Made by a program: the position numbers and the translations under genes. A stretch of DNA of 63,982 bases, filler included, from Phoronis australis (taxonomy: Eukaryota; Animalia; Phoronida), in the NCBI GenBank assembly GCA_002633005.1. It is 6 parts of 6 records of this genome, joined end to end, with 100 filler letters (N's around TTAATTAATTAA, not from the genome) between each part and the next. Parts side by side here need not be neighbours in the genome. Positions count along the whole stretch, not along the records: positions 12,544 to 30,129 come from NMRA01000373.1; 5 more parts are not named here. One strand, 5' to 3'. Each line of letters opens with the position of its first letter. Positions within the stretch are counted from its first letter, which is position 1. The notes beneath the pieces were generated by a model. That model was not told the DNA's origin. It saw only the letters and a program-made list of their open reading frames with translations, and made no database searches. Below, in pieces: positions 12,600 to 25,929 of the stretch.

Positions 12600-13950
12600 C
12601 AGATGCTTTTGGTTTTCATTTCACAGAGATCTAGTTTCAATAGCCTATAGAAGCGCTTGTAAAAAGGCCCAGTTTCGGCACGTGGCTTTCCTCCAGGTAA
12701 CCTCATTCAGCCTCAATTAGATCCTTGAAGGTAAACACAACAGCATATCACTTGACTCGTTTTGTGCTCAAAATCTCAGCCTGAACTAGACCAAAGTGTC
12801 ACTACGTCTTCTTTAGCTTCAATCCAGCATGTTTCTTCCAGGAAAGGAAGTAGGCTATTGTCCACACATGACTTATTGCCTACGAAAGTCCATCCTCACC
12901 AACGAGGCTGACTTGTATAGCAGTCAGATATAGTTCCTCTTCATACATGCTCGCACCCAGCCTTCAATATGGAGGGGCTCGAATTCCTAACTTTTGTGGA
13001 CCTTTTGGTAACAAAAAAGCGGGCGGACTAGAAAAAAAAAAACGGAGCACCACTGTAAATTGCGCATTTGCGCATGTTTAATGGACTTATGCCAAAATTT
13101 TCTCGGACTTTTTGTCTCTCTGAGGTGGACCTTTTGGCCCACTTCGATGGGCCTCCCCCCTGGGTGCGCGCATGTCATACCCAAACAACACGTTGTCTTA
13201 TGGTAACTTCGTACTGGGATTCACATTTCACCAGGGCCACTGACATGTACATTGTGCCATGCAGCACTAATGGTGTGTGGAAATGCTGTGGGAACAGAAA
13301 GGAGTAACAAAGCTTGGTCGTTGTCTCCGATGAAGAAAGTAGGCTTTAACAACAGATCTACACTGAATGGGAAGATCTTGATGGTTAGCTGCAGTCAACT
13401 GCTTAAAACCAATTTTTGTCCATTCCGGGTCGATGCAGAAGCGATGCATATCTCCTCTGCACGGTACAAGCCCTCGAACCTAAAAACCAAAGGTCACGTG
13501 AAAACAAACATAATAGGACAGGGAGTGAACAAATAGTCTAATGGATATTTACGTACCCTTTGCCATGGCATTGGGCTTGGATTGTAATCTCACTAACCAA
13601 TATCGAGTTAAACATTCAGCATTCATTGATGCAACTGTCACTGATAAACCTGTTAGAAATCATTCCAAACAATAATACTGCTTTGTTGTACGAAAACATC
13701 CTAAGTGCTACATCAAGTATCGTAACAAGCATCACAACAAACAAAGATTAACCCGACTGGCGACTGCCGCGAAGTCGACATCGGCGAGTATCTCAGTTAA
13801 CAGGCATCAGTAGAATAAAAATGGAATAATCGTTAAAATAATCACAAACCTTACCTTTGGATAAGATCGTACTTACTTTCTCTCATAGAAGCACCCTTTT
13901 TACGCAATCTCAGATTCAGTTGGCACGTCTACAAGCCATTTCACCATGTA
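12600..13950 (-). pseudogene. Decayed spliced SAP + SWIM gene, resembling the accessory exonuclease gene of ISL2EU/Kolobok-like DNA transposons
   Basis: SAP-like QLNLRLRKKGASMRESKYDLIQR|gtaagg splices to ag|FEGLY. Then PEWTKIGFKQL..DLP..VKAYF and a frameshifted SWIM-like YAVVF..AE*G..PGGK..ATCRN..ALL*AIE. Stops and frameshifts throughout. Confidence 0.45.
12946..13174. mobile_element. MITE family Y, copy 1 (5-bp TSD, hAT5-like)
   Basis: TCATA|CATGCTCGCACCCAG...CTGGGTGCGCGCATG|TCATA. Confidence 0.8.
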
Positions 13951-14884
13951 TTTAAAGGGCTCGCGAAATCGAGGCTGTTAATCTATAATCACTAGTACAC
14001 ACGCGCCCTCTAGTTAATGTAAATTTTCCGACTAGCCCCATTGGTTCCTTTTTTGCATTTTAAAAGAATGTGGGGTAGGCATTAATGAATTTGAAACCAC
14101 AATACATTCACCAAATCCATGTCCCGATGGCACAGCAAGACAGAAAAGTTTATCCGCTGTAGCTCAACCTGCTCCCACCGCACCGGAAGCGGCGCACGAC
14201 CGGTCCCGTTGAAACCACATCCTGTATAGTAGCAAGGAGTGTAGTATACCCTTTGATAGTAGGCTACCCTGTTCTTGCCAGTTTTCACTAAACAAATGGT
14301 TAATGCATGTTATTTCCGCCTCATTATTAAACATTTAGAATAGCGATTGCAGAAGTGAACTTTCTAACTAGTGAACTCTCGGAGTCACCTAATGAGCTTT
14401 CCGAGTAATGAACCATCGCAGCAGTAACATGTTACTCATCGAAGAAGGTACATGTTTCAGTGCTCTAGTGAACTCGCTGAACTCGCAAGAAGCCAGCCTT
14501 GGCTAAGCCCACCTCGTTCAGCAGTTATTTTCTTCTTGGACCTCCTGGTGGACTATCAACTATCGATCAACTAATAACACTGCAACATGATCACTGCCGG
14601 GGCCGGTGGGGAGTTGAGATGAAGGAAGTTTTCAATATTCATTTTAACAATAAAATAACATGTGTGCAATGGAACTGACACAGAGGGACGTCCACCGCAA
14701 TAAAAGTTTAATAGGGACGGGAAGTCGTTGCATCATAAGTTGGCCATCGCGGTTGCCGAGGCACAAACAATGGCTTGTTTTTTTGTTTTTTCATTGTTTT
14801 CCAGGTAACACTGAATTCTTGAATCTAAAAAACAAAATCAGTAGTTATAACAGGAAACATACATGTTTTTTAATGTTTAGTATC

Positions 14885-16125
14885 ATTTTCAAATACATAT
14901 GCATTTAGAAACTGTCGGGTGTCACCCTTTAGCAATAATTCTGTTCAGGGGACTTAATCCAAAATGGCCGACATGAGAATTGCGATATCAACTTGATCTC
15001 ATTATGGTCGCTTCTAGATGTGACACAGACATGTAAGATATGTCCTTTCATATATTTTCAAGCATTAGCAATCCGGCACCACCACCCTCGCTAAATGCGA
15101 GAATTGAACCAAGATAATCGCCACAAATGACCAAAATATAAATGTCCCTAACTGAATGAACACCAGTTCACTGTGACACATGTATTCAGTCTTGACACAA
15201 AGAACATCCACCTATTACATCTATGAAAAACACAAATTACGCATGATATAAACGTGTTTTTCAGTGATCGAATCATGAAAACATAATTTCGCAAATCGTA
15301 CAACAAGGCAGTATATATAAAATCCACGTTACAATCATAGCGTAAGGCAGCAAAATGCCAACATTCCAGTTGCAGCAAAATCCATTGTGCACTCGCTGAC
15401 GACGCAGTACTAAAAAAGTTGGGAGCTATAGCCCCCCTCCACCTATGGTGCGCCGCCCATAGATAGGTCGTAAGATTGCAGCAGGTGCAACGCTCACTGT
15501 CTCTGGAATTCGTTGGTACGAGAGATCTGTTTATCCTCATCTTTTGTCCATCCATACTCCTCGATATCCAAGACTATTGCTCCCCACTTTTTGCAATCAA
15601 TTTATATACGTCTGAAATGCACTTAAACAGTTTTTTGTTGTGAAAAAATACTTATGGGCTAATAAAATGCATAAATGACGTACAAATCTGTGACATGAAA
15701 ATCCAGTTGAACAGAACCAGCAAGAGAAATCCAACAAAATAACTTACTTTTATCGACATTTCATTTAGCTAAATACAAACACTGTGAGATTCCTCACCGG
15801 AAAGAGCTCGCAATTTATTATCGGCATTGCATACCTTCGTTTCCAGTTCGACAATGTCGATGTTTAAAACACAACAGCAGACACCGTATATGATCGTGCA
15901 ATTTCTCAGGTATGTTTGTTGGCATGTTCAATATAGCCAATGAATACAAAGCAGTTGCAGCAAGCCACGTAGACACGGGCACATTGGCACATCTACAGCT
16001 GCGATCAACATAATAATTGCTCGTTAATTAAGTATATTTAGCCCAATTAAGAGCCCTCTGAACAAAATTGCTCAGGGGTGACATCATGTCACTCGGCAGT
16101 TTCTGAAAATATAATATGTATTAGA
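14885..16125 (-). mobile_element. Old non-autonomous AcademX-like element inside duplication copy 1
   Basis: Imperfect inverted ends (agaaactg..gtcaccc..agcaat..gttcag vs ctgaac..attgct..ggggtgac..cagtttct). Minus-strand remnants IDI..ALSGEES and EYGWTKD. Confidence 0.45.
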
Positions 16126-17785
16126 TATCGGTAATTAACAGGCCAATACATGCCGTTTGTGTGCCGGACTATAATTGATAGTTCCGACAAACACAGTTTT
16201 TCCGGCCACGCCCACAAGTTACTGTTGCGGCTGTTCAGCAAGCACAAAAACAACAAGGCAAAATTCCTTTGCAAGTATAGTACAGCAACAGATTCCCTAC
16301 GATGTTTTTACCATACACTGTCGCTTAAACTATTGCCAAAATTGGTCCTGCAAAATGAGCGAACTGCTTCACCGCAGTGCCAATTCCAATTATACTTGGT
16401 ATAGCTCCGGTGTTTTCACCCTGTGACCGTGCCAGAGGGCTCCGTTAAGTTTCTTCTGTGGCTAAGTACATCTCTAAGTATTTGTTATTCAAAAAGTCCT
16501 CGCAATTGAAGTTCCCCATAGTATGACAATACTTATGTTCGGCATATATCTCGTAACGAACATAGACCGAGAGTCAGCGAAACCCTGACTGTTTCCTGAG
16601 ATAAAAAGGAGAACTGAGTTGGCAAAAATGATATTTTTTATGACGTAAACTGGAAATAATTCAAAAAAGTGTCTGGAAAGATGAGCATATAAAAATCGTC
16701 ATTTAATGAATAAGAAGGTGTAAAGTCAAAGCTAAATGCAACTGAATACGGAGGGGGTGTAGAAAAATAAACAGGTACTAATATTAACAATGAGAGATAT
16801 GAAAGGGACGCTAAGAACTGACGCCATCCAAGAAAAACGAACACGAAGCAAACACATTATGTTGAAATGTTGTCATTTCCTACGACCTATGACACAATCA
16901 GGTTAACTGTCGACATTATTGCTCTTCACAACATATAGCATTAACGTTTGGAACGGCAGTTTCACCACCAGGTGATGCTCATCAGTTTATAAATTTGCCT
17001 TAAATTTCCATTTTAGTGTGAAAAGGTGTATTTATATGATTTACTGCAACGTGTGCAAAAATCATTTGCAGTATCATCCCTCGNAATTTGTAGTGTGCAC
17101 CCAAAAAGCTGCCTTTAAGTTTGTTAGATAATTCTCATATAACTGGCACGAAAATAAAAAATGTCCTCATGTATAAAATGGCAGCTAGTTAGCTGTTTTG
17201 AAGCTACATGCTTGAGTCTGTTTTCGACTCCGAGATATCTGTTTTACACCGGGATTCCGATTTCGATGGACCACCCCGAGTTAGAACATTGAAGAACAAA
17301 TGCTACTCAGCCGGGGGGAGATTAAGCATTCCGCCAGGCAAATTACTAATCCGCCCAGGTACATTGCCATGCCTGCCCGGGCAGATTAGAGTCCTAACTT
17401 AGTCACCGTAGAGAATAGTACGTGAAGCAAAATTTTGAGGTTTCATTTGAATCCAATCAGCTATTTCTAACATATAATTTTAAAAGTTAGTCAAATTTGG
17501 ACATTTTTATTTCTAGCTACTACTTTTTGTGGTTATGTAGAATATAAAAATTTGTACAGTATGTTATAGTCGGAATTTAAATCCTGCCCATGCCTTAAAC
17601 TAACAAAAACGACCCAACTAGGCATCAACTCCGGACAAACATTAAGTCCTTTTCTGTTATACACTGTATGCTTTGTAAAATTGTATAACAGCGCACATTT
17701 TTTTTCAAATAAAAGTCTTCCTCTCCCTCTCCCTCAGCCCCCTTCCTCATCCCCTCTCTGACGTTTACCAAATCCTTTTTGCCAG

Positions 17786-17976
17786 AGTCGGCTCCACGGG
17801 ATACTCACGTCGATTCTATATCCAGTACCTTCATAATACGTGCCCATACGATGTTGGGTGGCTGATCGTTGTGGACAAGAGAGGTGGGTGTGATGAATGG
17901 GATGATGACGTGTCTGGTACGCCGTGGTTCGCCTACAGCAAACTAACTAGAAGAGTCAACTGGTCCAAATCATGGC
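17786..17976 (+). CDS. Exon of an unnamed Cys/Trp-rich invertebrate domain, copy 1
   Basis: tttttgccag|a VGSTGYSRRFYIQYLHNTCPYDVGWLIVVDKRGGCDEWDDDVSGTPWFAYSKLTRRVNWSKSW c|gtaagt. Open frame between strong splice sites; the RRF..C..D.GW..C.W..P.F.YS..NW pattern is recalled from uncharacterised invertebrate proteins. Confidence 0.75.
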
Positions 17977-19417
17977 GTAAGTCCGGCTGTTCATTGGGTA
18001 CTTTTAAGTATGTCTGAACATGAACTTATCAATTTCACGGTAAACATGACGTGATTAACAAGATGAACCATGGAGTGAAGGTACCGACTCCGATGAAAAG
18101 GATTAATTACAGCTTTTTGGATATGACTAAAACATGAACAGTGAGTAAGTAGGCTCATTGCAATGAGATGAATATTCGTTATGACGATAACACTTCTTTT
18201 GTTTTTATGTTTGTTTTGGTGTTCTCCAAAAAGGCTGAAAACACCTCTACGACACCTGACTTTGTATTCATATGGTCGTGCTAGATTGCGTGGAAGCTAT
18301 CAAAGCTGAGACTTAGATAAACCACTCTGTTCATGTTGCGGCGAACTTCGCATTTCGTGGGAATAACGAGTCTTCATAGTTAATCAGTTTAGCTAGATTG
18401 ACAACCAATTAATTTTCCCGACACAGTTACATGTATGCCGGCAATAGAACTCTTCGTTTTATGTCTTTATAGTGCAAATAAAACACGTTCAAATTTATTA
18501 TTCAACTGATGTTGTATATGGTGCTCAGACAGCGCGGCGATGGCCCTGGCCATCCACATTTGGGGAGGGGGTTATCTAACCAAGATGTGTAATCTTTTTG
18601 GAAATCGTGACTGATATTCAGTTAAATTAAATATAGATTCTAGTACATGTTTCACTTTTTTATTTTTATTATTACTGGGTAAAGGCATTTGAGTAGAGCG
18701 AGAGAGGGGCGTCCAATAAAAAGCCGCCCATGCATCGACCAAACCTCTTCATGCTACTGCCCCACCGCTAAAATTGTCTTTAAGGTACCTTTTGTTGCAT
18801 GTGGAGTGTTGCTGGACAGTAGGCAAATGGTTTCAAACGGTTACCTGGCGGGTAAATATAGCTCAATTCAGATACTTGGTCGTGTTTGGCAGGGCTAACC
18901 CACCACTACACTTGTCTGGCAGTGTTTAGGCATGATACATGGGCTTACGTAGAATATTTTGCAACTGGTTTCATGCGGTTACCTCTTGGGTTGATTTAGC
19001 TCAAATTCATTTCAGCCCTTTTTATAATCGTTTGGCAGGGACTCCTCCTGAAATTGTCTGGCATTTTCTATGAGTTTAAATCTTTCAGAAGAGCGAAAAA
19101 GTGAAAACAGACGTGTTGTTTCGTCAGGCAACTCTTATCTTAACGCCATCAGCTAATGTCCATTAGCATGAAATCGCATGTTACATGCCAAATAAAGGCA
19201 TGTGGTTTACTTAGGAATTTTGACCGACCCGAAAATGAGAGGAGGATTTTTGGGCCGTTCTATTACAACCAAAACACGTTATGGCGTATCACAACCACTC
19301 AAAATTATCGCTGATCACTATTTCAGGGATTGCCAAGTACAAAATTGCGAATTAACCAAGTCATTAACGTTTCAAGCTGGAATTATTCTCTCTAAAGTTT
19401 GGCAAATGATACTGGGG

Positions 19418-19639
19418 CATGCGCGCACCCAGCCTAAAATATATGCGGGGCTCTAATATTCCGGTATGTGGGCCTTTTACTGGATACTGACAAAGGATCT
19501 ATATTCGGAACTGTGAATTGTGCATTCATGCTGAATTCCTTAACATTGTGTTTCTTTGAGGCAGACGTTTTTACTCACTTCGCCAAATGGGGGGCTTGTT
19601 CGAGCCCTCCGAGCTCCCCCTCCCATGGGTGCACGCATT
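19418..19639. mobile_element. MITE family Y, copy 2
   Basis: CATGCGCGCACCCAG...TGGGTGCACGCATT, with TGGGG on both flanks (right copy offset by 1 nt). Confidence 0.7.
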
Positions 19640-19698
19640 TTGGGGATTTTTAATAAATATGGGCAAAGTTCTCTGTTAACACTGCAAAGTTCCATTAT

Positions 19699-19880
19699 AG
19701 ACCTTCACGCAGTCGCCATTTTAGCAGTGAGTCTCTTTTTAGGTTTAAAAAAGAATGCCTGCGCGACATGAATGAAGCGAGGCAAGCGGAAAAATAACGC
19801 TTTGCGCTGTATTTAAGCGCAAAATGCATTGTTTGTAAAACTAGAGAGAAGCTCACTTCTAAAATGGCGACTTCGTGTGT
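19699..19880. mobile_element. Short inverted-repeat element (possibly Harbinger-type MITE)
   Basis: cacgcagtcgccattttagcagtgag pairs with ctcacttctaaaatggcgacttcgtg. Confidence 0.55.
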
Positions 19881-20273
19881 ACATGTACCAGAGGTTTAGA
19901 TATGTGAACAGAATTAGTATGTAATTATTAAGCTTACCAGTTTAAAAATGACCAATTTTAACGAGTAACCACATCAATAATAAGGGGCTTCACTGGAAGA
20001 AGACATGCATCAAGTTGTTCTTTGCATGTGACCTTGCTTTTCATTGACTAGTGTAAACTGTACCAGCATACATTAACCAATGAGAGTGCGCTTACTCAAC
20101 GGTGAATGCCACCCAATTTAATTAGTCTTTTTACCGTCTTGATCGGTCTATATCCGTATCACCTGCGTATACGGTCGATCTTACCTCGCCTAGAGGTGTC
20201 GCGTTAACGTGTGACGAAGGTGAGTGAACAATGCAGCGACATCAGTGGGTTCTTTTGCAGAGCGAGTGCCACT

Positions 20274-20500
20274 ATGGTGGGGTGTATCGTTCCCGCTTGT
20301 GGGAAGTATGAAGCTGCAACGAAAGCGGGTAAATCGTTTTTTCGATTTCCTCGAGAACCCGAAGTGCTTCGGAAGTGGCTCGCGGCAGTGAAGAATGAAA
20401 ACAGTATGCCGTTAATGCCAAGTACGAGGCCGTAAAACATCTCCATTCCGTGGCTGGCATTTTGTCGAAAAGAAGTCGTTTCGCCAATGGCGGGGTTTCC
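20274..20500 (+). pseudogene. THAP zinc-finger fragment, transposase N-terminus
   Basis: MVGCIVPAC..KSFFRFPREPEVLRKWLAAVK, then a stop and frameshift before GWHFVE (the C-x-x-H-F position). Confidence 0.75.
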
Positions 20501-21420
20501 TGGCAGCAAACATGCAAACATAAGCGTCAATCGTTTCCATTATCATGCAGCTGGTGCACTGACACCGTGACAAGTCATTCAAACGGTTTTTGGAACTATA
20601 TTCCCTTGCCTGTGGCACGTTCACGGCACCTCTGTAGTATTTCTTGATCATTGTATTCCGGTTCGAACTGATAGTCTTTTAAACCTAATGATACACCTGT
20701 GAAATCTTCGTTGGATGAGTACTCGCCTAAGGCGTGCTTTCAATTTGCCATGATGTTGACATTTTTATTGTGCGTTCTGTTTCAAAATGAATTATTCTCA
20801 TCCTAACTGGCAACGCTTTTATTTAAAACTGAAACAAAGTTTGTCTCATTAGATACATTTTGTAATACCTTTGAAGTGTTCATATGTGCAAATGTTTTGA
20901 GAAGCCAGCAATAAATAAAACACTGTGTTACCGGTTTTTGATGCAATCAAGCTAATTGACAGGAACCGAGTCTTGTGGTACCGTATATCAATGCGTGTTG
21001 TGGCCCGAAATGGCGCGCACGTGGTAATAAGTAAAACAACACACGAATACTTTAACAATAGAATACGTCTATTAATTTGCAGCGTTGTGATTTACAAATT
21101 ATAGATTACAGTAAGTTGTGATACTGACGACTAAATGATTGAGACAAGATAACCCTACAGGAAAAACTACTAATCACCAGTGTCACTGGTTTCCCGTAGC
21201 TACCGCACACGCTAACACAAAACAAGCCTCAACAGAACTAACACTCCAGAACAATTGACCTATCGCCAGGATTATGACGGACGGCTTAATTGGCCAATCA
21301 GAACGCAGCATTCTTGGCACACCTTCGTCTGCGTTTCCAAGCCGCCATTTTACCCGACAAACCACACGCAGTCGAGTAAAACTTACTTTAGTCTATAGCT
21401 CAAGAAATTGTCCGCTAAGA

Positions 21421-21620
21421 ATGGGGAAACGGTTTTGATATGATGTGTGTAGCACCGACAGCCGTTATGCTGCTCCAGAATAATATCCCGTCAGTTTTTG
21501 GCATGTCCTAAGCCGAAAAATGATGTTGAAAAGCGTAAACTATGGATCAAACTGTACGGCCACACGAGCAGCTGAACTTAGCGATGTTGCTTGATAACTC
21601 GAAGGCTATTATCAGTAAAC
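21421..21620 (+). pseudogene. Second, different THAP fragment
   Basis: MGKRF*YDVCSTDSRY..VSF / PKPKNDVEKRKLWIKL / RPHEQLN..IISK across frameshifts, matching the MxKRCxxGxCxxDSRY..FPKP..WI..CGRPHxQLN THAP subtype. Confidence 0.65.
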
Positions 21621-22595
21621 ACAAATATATTAGTTCCAGGATACGCACTTTTCAGCTTGGTGACTATGGTGCAGGGCTATCTCAGATTTTGACACCCGAG
21701 TTGACTACGTCTGGCCGCCTTTGTCTTTGAATACTCCCTCACACAACAGCAGGTTTACCTCAGTGTTGCCACAAAAAGATGCAGAGCATTTGTGAATTAA
21801 ACTGCTTAAAAATTATACGTGGGCCAGCCCATCCCAAAAGTTGACGATTTCATTTCTACTAATACGCGAGAACACCCAGGGACTCATTTACCGCTTTGTG
21901 TGTTAATAAGTCGATACTGTATGTTGATTGAACAACTAAGCTGTACGTAATTCGTACGTGATTCATTGTTTTAAAAACACACCTTTAGGTTCTTATATAA
22001 TAAACCTGTCTTACGTAAGAACAATTTTTGATTTTGTCTGCCTAACGCCATCTAAAGGTAGGATACGTTTCCTACCAAGGCAAAGGCACTGTTAAGACCA
22101 TCTAGTAGCTCTGTTCAAGAATTTCGATGTTTAAGATGTAAGTACAAAGGATATGAAGCCCCTTTCTGATATTTGATTCGAGTTCAGTTATTACCATAAA
22201 GACTGCAGGATTCTTTCTTCCAGAATGGAACCTCCTCTTAGACAATTGGGACCTGGTCTTTAAAGCCACCAGGAAAAACGGCAACCCTGTATACGATTTG
22301 TGGGCGAGCACGATTTCCACCCCATCCTCCGCGGACCTGTTACAGCTTCGGACAGGTTCGTCGACTAATTTCAAGAGTGTCAAAGTTGAAGACTGGGCAA
22401 ATCTTCGAGTTCATAAGGCAGGTGTATTCCTAATTAGAGTTGGAATCAACATATATGTAAAGTGTTTGTAAAACACCTGAGGTTATAGGCCAAAATTTCT
22501 ACTCCGAAGTCAATAATTGTTGGCTAAACAAAACTGTGTCTGATTGCCTTGCTAGAACCGTTGAAATCAAGGTGCAGTCCCTAAAGCTTTTAACG

Positions 22596-22810
22596 AGTAC
22601 CGACCTAAGTAACAAGTACCGCCTTAGCAACAAGTACCGACCTTAGCAACAAGTACTGACCTTAGCAACAAGTACTGACCTTAGCAACAAGTACCAGCCT
22701 TAGCTACAAGTACTGACCTTAGCAACAAGTACCGACCTTAGCAACAAGTACTGACCTTAGCAACAATTACCGACCTTGGCAACAAGTACCGACTTTAGCA
22801 ACAAGTACCA
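22596..22810. repeat. 19-bp minisatellite, about 11 copies
   Basis: Unit caagtac(c/t)gaccttagcaa. Confidence 0.95.
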
Positions 22811-23811
22811 CCCCATTATTTCTCAGTGAATTCTCTTCTGTTTGCGCAGTAACAAAGCTCCACAAATGGTTGTATTTCAGGTTAGATTCAGCTTCTTCGA
22901 CAAAGGGGTTGAAGTATTCAAAATAGTTTTCGATGGCATAGGTTCCACCAAAATGAATTGGTTCGACAGGCGCAGATTAGTAGAAGACCCTTTCACCGAC
23001 CTAACTCCAACGACTGATTTGGAATTCTTCAGCATTTCAGGCTCGTAAGCAAGTTTATAGAATACACACCTGAGTATTTGTTCAGTACATTATTCTAGAC
23101 CACTTATGCGATGTGCTGATTATTGCGTACCGGTACGCCTTCGGGGGAGCCATTATAGAGTTCTCATTGAGTTTTAACTGAGAATCCAGACTTCACAGAA
23201 CCAATTTTTTCGATTCTGTACAAGTCTGTATGATGAATAAAATAAAAACTTTTGCACTATCTTATCCCCAATTCCATCCACCACTGGCCGTGTACGTGTA
23301 TTGCCGTACAACCAATTCAGTGGCAGTCGGTTTGATCTACACTGATAAGGTCGTCGTGAGCTACAGTTACACTACCTGCGTAAACCCGAGTCTTTCGCTG
23401 GAGGGGAACAGTCCACGACTCCGGAAGTTCACTACTCGGCTCGGAGGGTTCATTAATCCGAAGGTTCACCATGAGGCAAATCCTAGGTTTACATTTGGCG
23501 TTTTGTTAAGATCCCAACGCCTAAGCCAGTGTCCATAGGCAGTCAACACTGAAAAAACGTGGGTGTGGGGCTATAGCCCCCAGCCCCCTATGGTGCACCG
23601 ACCATGCATAATCGATTCACAACAGGAGGCCCGGGCCCCCCCCCCCTCNNNNNNNNNNNNNNNNNNNNNNNNNNNNNNNNNNNNNNNNNNNNNNNNNNNN
23701 NNNNNNNNNNNNNNNNNNNNNNNNNNNNNNNNNNNNNNNNNNNNNNNNNNNNNNNNNNNNNNNNNNNNNNNNNNNNNNNNNNNNNNNNNNNNNNNNNNNN
23801 NNNNNNNNNNN

Positions 23812-24617
23812 GGGGGGGGGGGTTCAAATCCAATTTCAAGTGTCAAATTCGGAACACGGCGCATTCGTAACGTAACTATGGCTAAGTATAGGCTCTCCCG
23901 CTATATCCCAGGCGCCCGGCAGTGGCGCTGCGCACTACGACTCAGTTTCCGTCGTCTGCTCCACTGTGCAATGAAGAAAACTTCATTTTTTAAAGAAAAT
24001 GGAACCTGAGTGACGATGAAAAAACAGAAGCTGCTGGTAAGATATGAATTCTAATCGAAGCCTTAGTGAATCACTCAGAAACTTGCAATACTCTCTTTGT
24101 TAAACCTTATGTTAGGACGATTTCCAAAGCAATCCCGTATGATTATTGTCAACACGAAAAACGTATTGGGTCTTTTGGGCATTTGAAGACTATTTTAAAT
24201 ACGACAAATTTGTTAAGAATCGATGAAACAAAACGTGTAATAAGCGTTACAAAAAGAAGGAAACGCTGTGGACCAAAACCAAGTAGGTGTCTTAGTGTGA
24301 TTAGCAGTTAAATCGTGGTGGTGTAGTGGTAGCGTACGCGCGCGCTATGCGCAAGGTCTTGAGTTCAAGCCTTTGACACTTACAGTTTTTACGGTTTGAC
24401 TTTTTTTCCTTGGATAATACTTCAGGAATCAAGGAAAATGCTTGATTTTTAGAGGTAAAAACAGAGAAATTTCCTGGGCGGGAGGGGGGCAAACCCCCCT
24501 CCCGACCTCCCCCCCATTCGGTGCTATGCGCGTCTACAATCGTGGTTCAGTTTGCGCAAATGTTTTCAGCCGGACAAAATGTTGGGCCCCCCTTGTGATA
24601 TCCTAGATCCGCCACTG
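23812..24617 (+). mobile_element. hAT-like MITE family X, copy B (tRNA-like cassette at 24314-24378)
   Basis: Colinear with copies A and C; ends CCTAGATCCGCCACTG; left end obscured by a gap. Confidence 0.8.
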
Positions 24618-25929
24618 TATAATTTCTCTTATAATGCCACCACATTAAAAATTCCAAGACTTTTGATATTTACTTTTCAATTTTCAAAACAGTCATGTTA
24701 GTCTTTTATTGATTCGGTTTTTGACTTTGAAACTAGTACTCGTGTTGATTTACGACCGCAATTATCTCATCCAGCGTGTTCACCCAAGCCCATGAATATG
24801 AGTGCACGATTTCTAGTCCACTTGTGTGCACCTCTCATTGTTGTAGCGTAGACTGAATTTGCCTAATGCTACTACGAAAATTTGTGGGATTTTGGACTCG
24901 GAAGAAAGTTTCATACTTATGCAAAACACACCGCCTGACACAGTGAAAACAACGCCCGGCCGTACAACTGAATACGCTTCGTTTGTTACTGCGCAAGCAT
25001 GCGAAATTGGGCTTCAAGACATGTCCTGTGAAAACAGAAAAAGTGGTTCCTTTTTTGCATTTTAAAAGAATGTGGGGTAGGCATTAATGAATTTGAAATA
25101 ACAATACGTTCACCAAATCCCTCTCCCGATGGCACCGTTTCACATCAAGACAGAAAAGTTTATCTGCTGTAGCTCAACCTGCTCCCACCACACGGCCGGA
25201 AGCGGCGCACGACCTGTCCCGTTGAAACCACATCCTGTATACATGTAGTAGCAAGGAGTGTAGTATACCCTTTGATAGTAGGTTACCCTGTTCTTGACAG
25301 TTTTCACTAAAGTAAACATATGGTTAATGCATGTTAGTTCCGCCTCATTATTAAACATTTAGAATAGCGATTGCAGAAGTGAACTTTCTAATTAGTGAAC
25401 TCTCGGAGTCACCTAATGAGCTTTCCGAGTAATGAACCATCGCAGCAGTAACATGTTACTCATCGAAGAAGGTACATGTTTAAGTGCTCTAGTGAACTCG
25501 CTGAACTCGCAAGAAGCCAGCCTTGGCTGAGCCCACCTCGTTCCGCACTTATTTTCTTCTTGGACCTCCTGGTGGACTATCAACTATCGATCAACTAATG
25601 TAATAACACTGCAACATGATCACTGCCCGCGGGGCCGGTGGGGAGTTGAGATCAAGGAAGTTTTCAATATTCATTTTAACAATAAAATAACATGTGTACA
25701 ATGGAACTGACAAAGAGGGACGTCCACCGCAATAAAATTTTAATAGGGACGAGAAGTCGTTGCATCATAAGTTGGCCATTGCGGTTGCCGAGGCACAAAC
25801 AATGGCTTGTCAAAGTGATGTTTTTTGTTTTTTCATTGTTTTCCAGGTAACACTGAATTCTTGAATCTAAAAAACAAAATCATTAGTTATAACAGGAAAC
25901 ATACATGTTTTTTAATGTTTAGTATCATT

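Larger units (their letters stand above)
14043..18058 (+). repeat. Direct segmental duplication, copy 1
   Basis: Colinear with 25044-29392 apart from indels and one replaced block (about 16820-17083 vs 27940-28420). Confidence 0.95.

Noticed and set aside
16150-16426. ORFs conserved in both duplication copies
   Set aside because: Conservation follows from recent duplication; no recognisable motif or splice structure.
22596-22810. Possible CRISPR or iteron array
   Set aside because: Plain head-to-tail 19-bp minisatellite.
22060-23050. Possible second SAP/SWIM-type remnant on the minus strand
   Set aside because: Motif similarity is weak and the pieces are in the wrong order.
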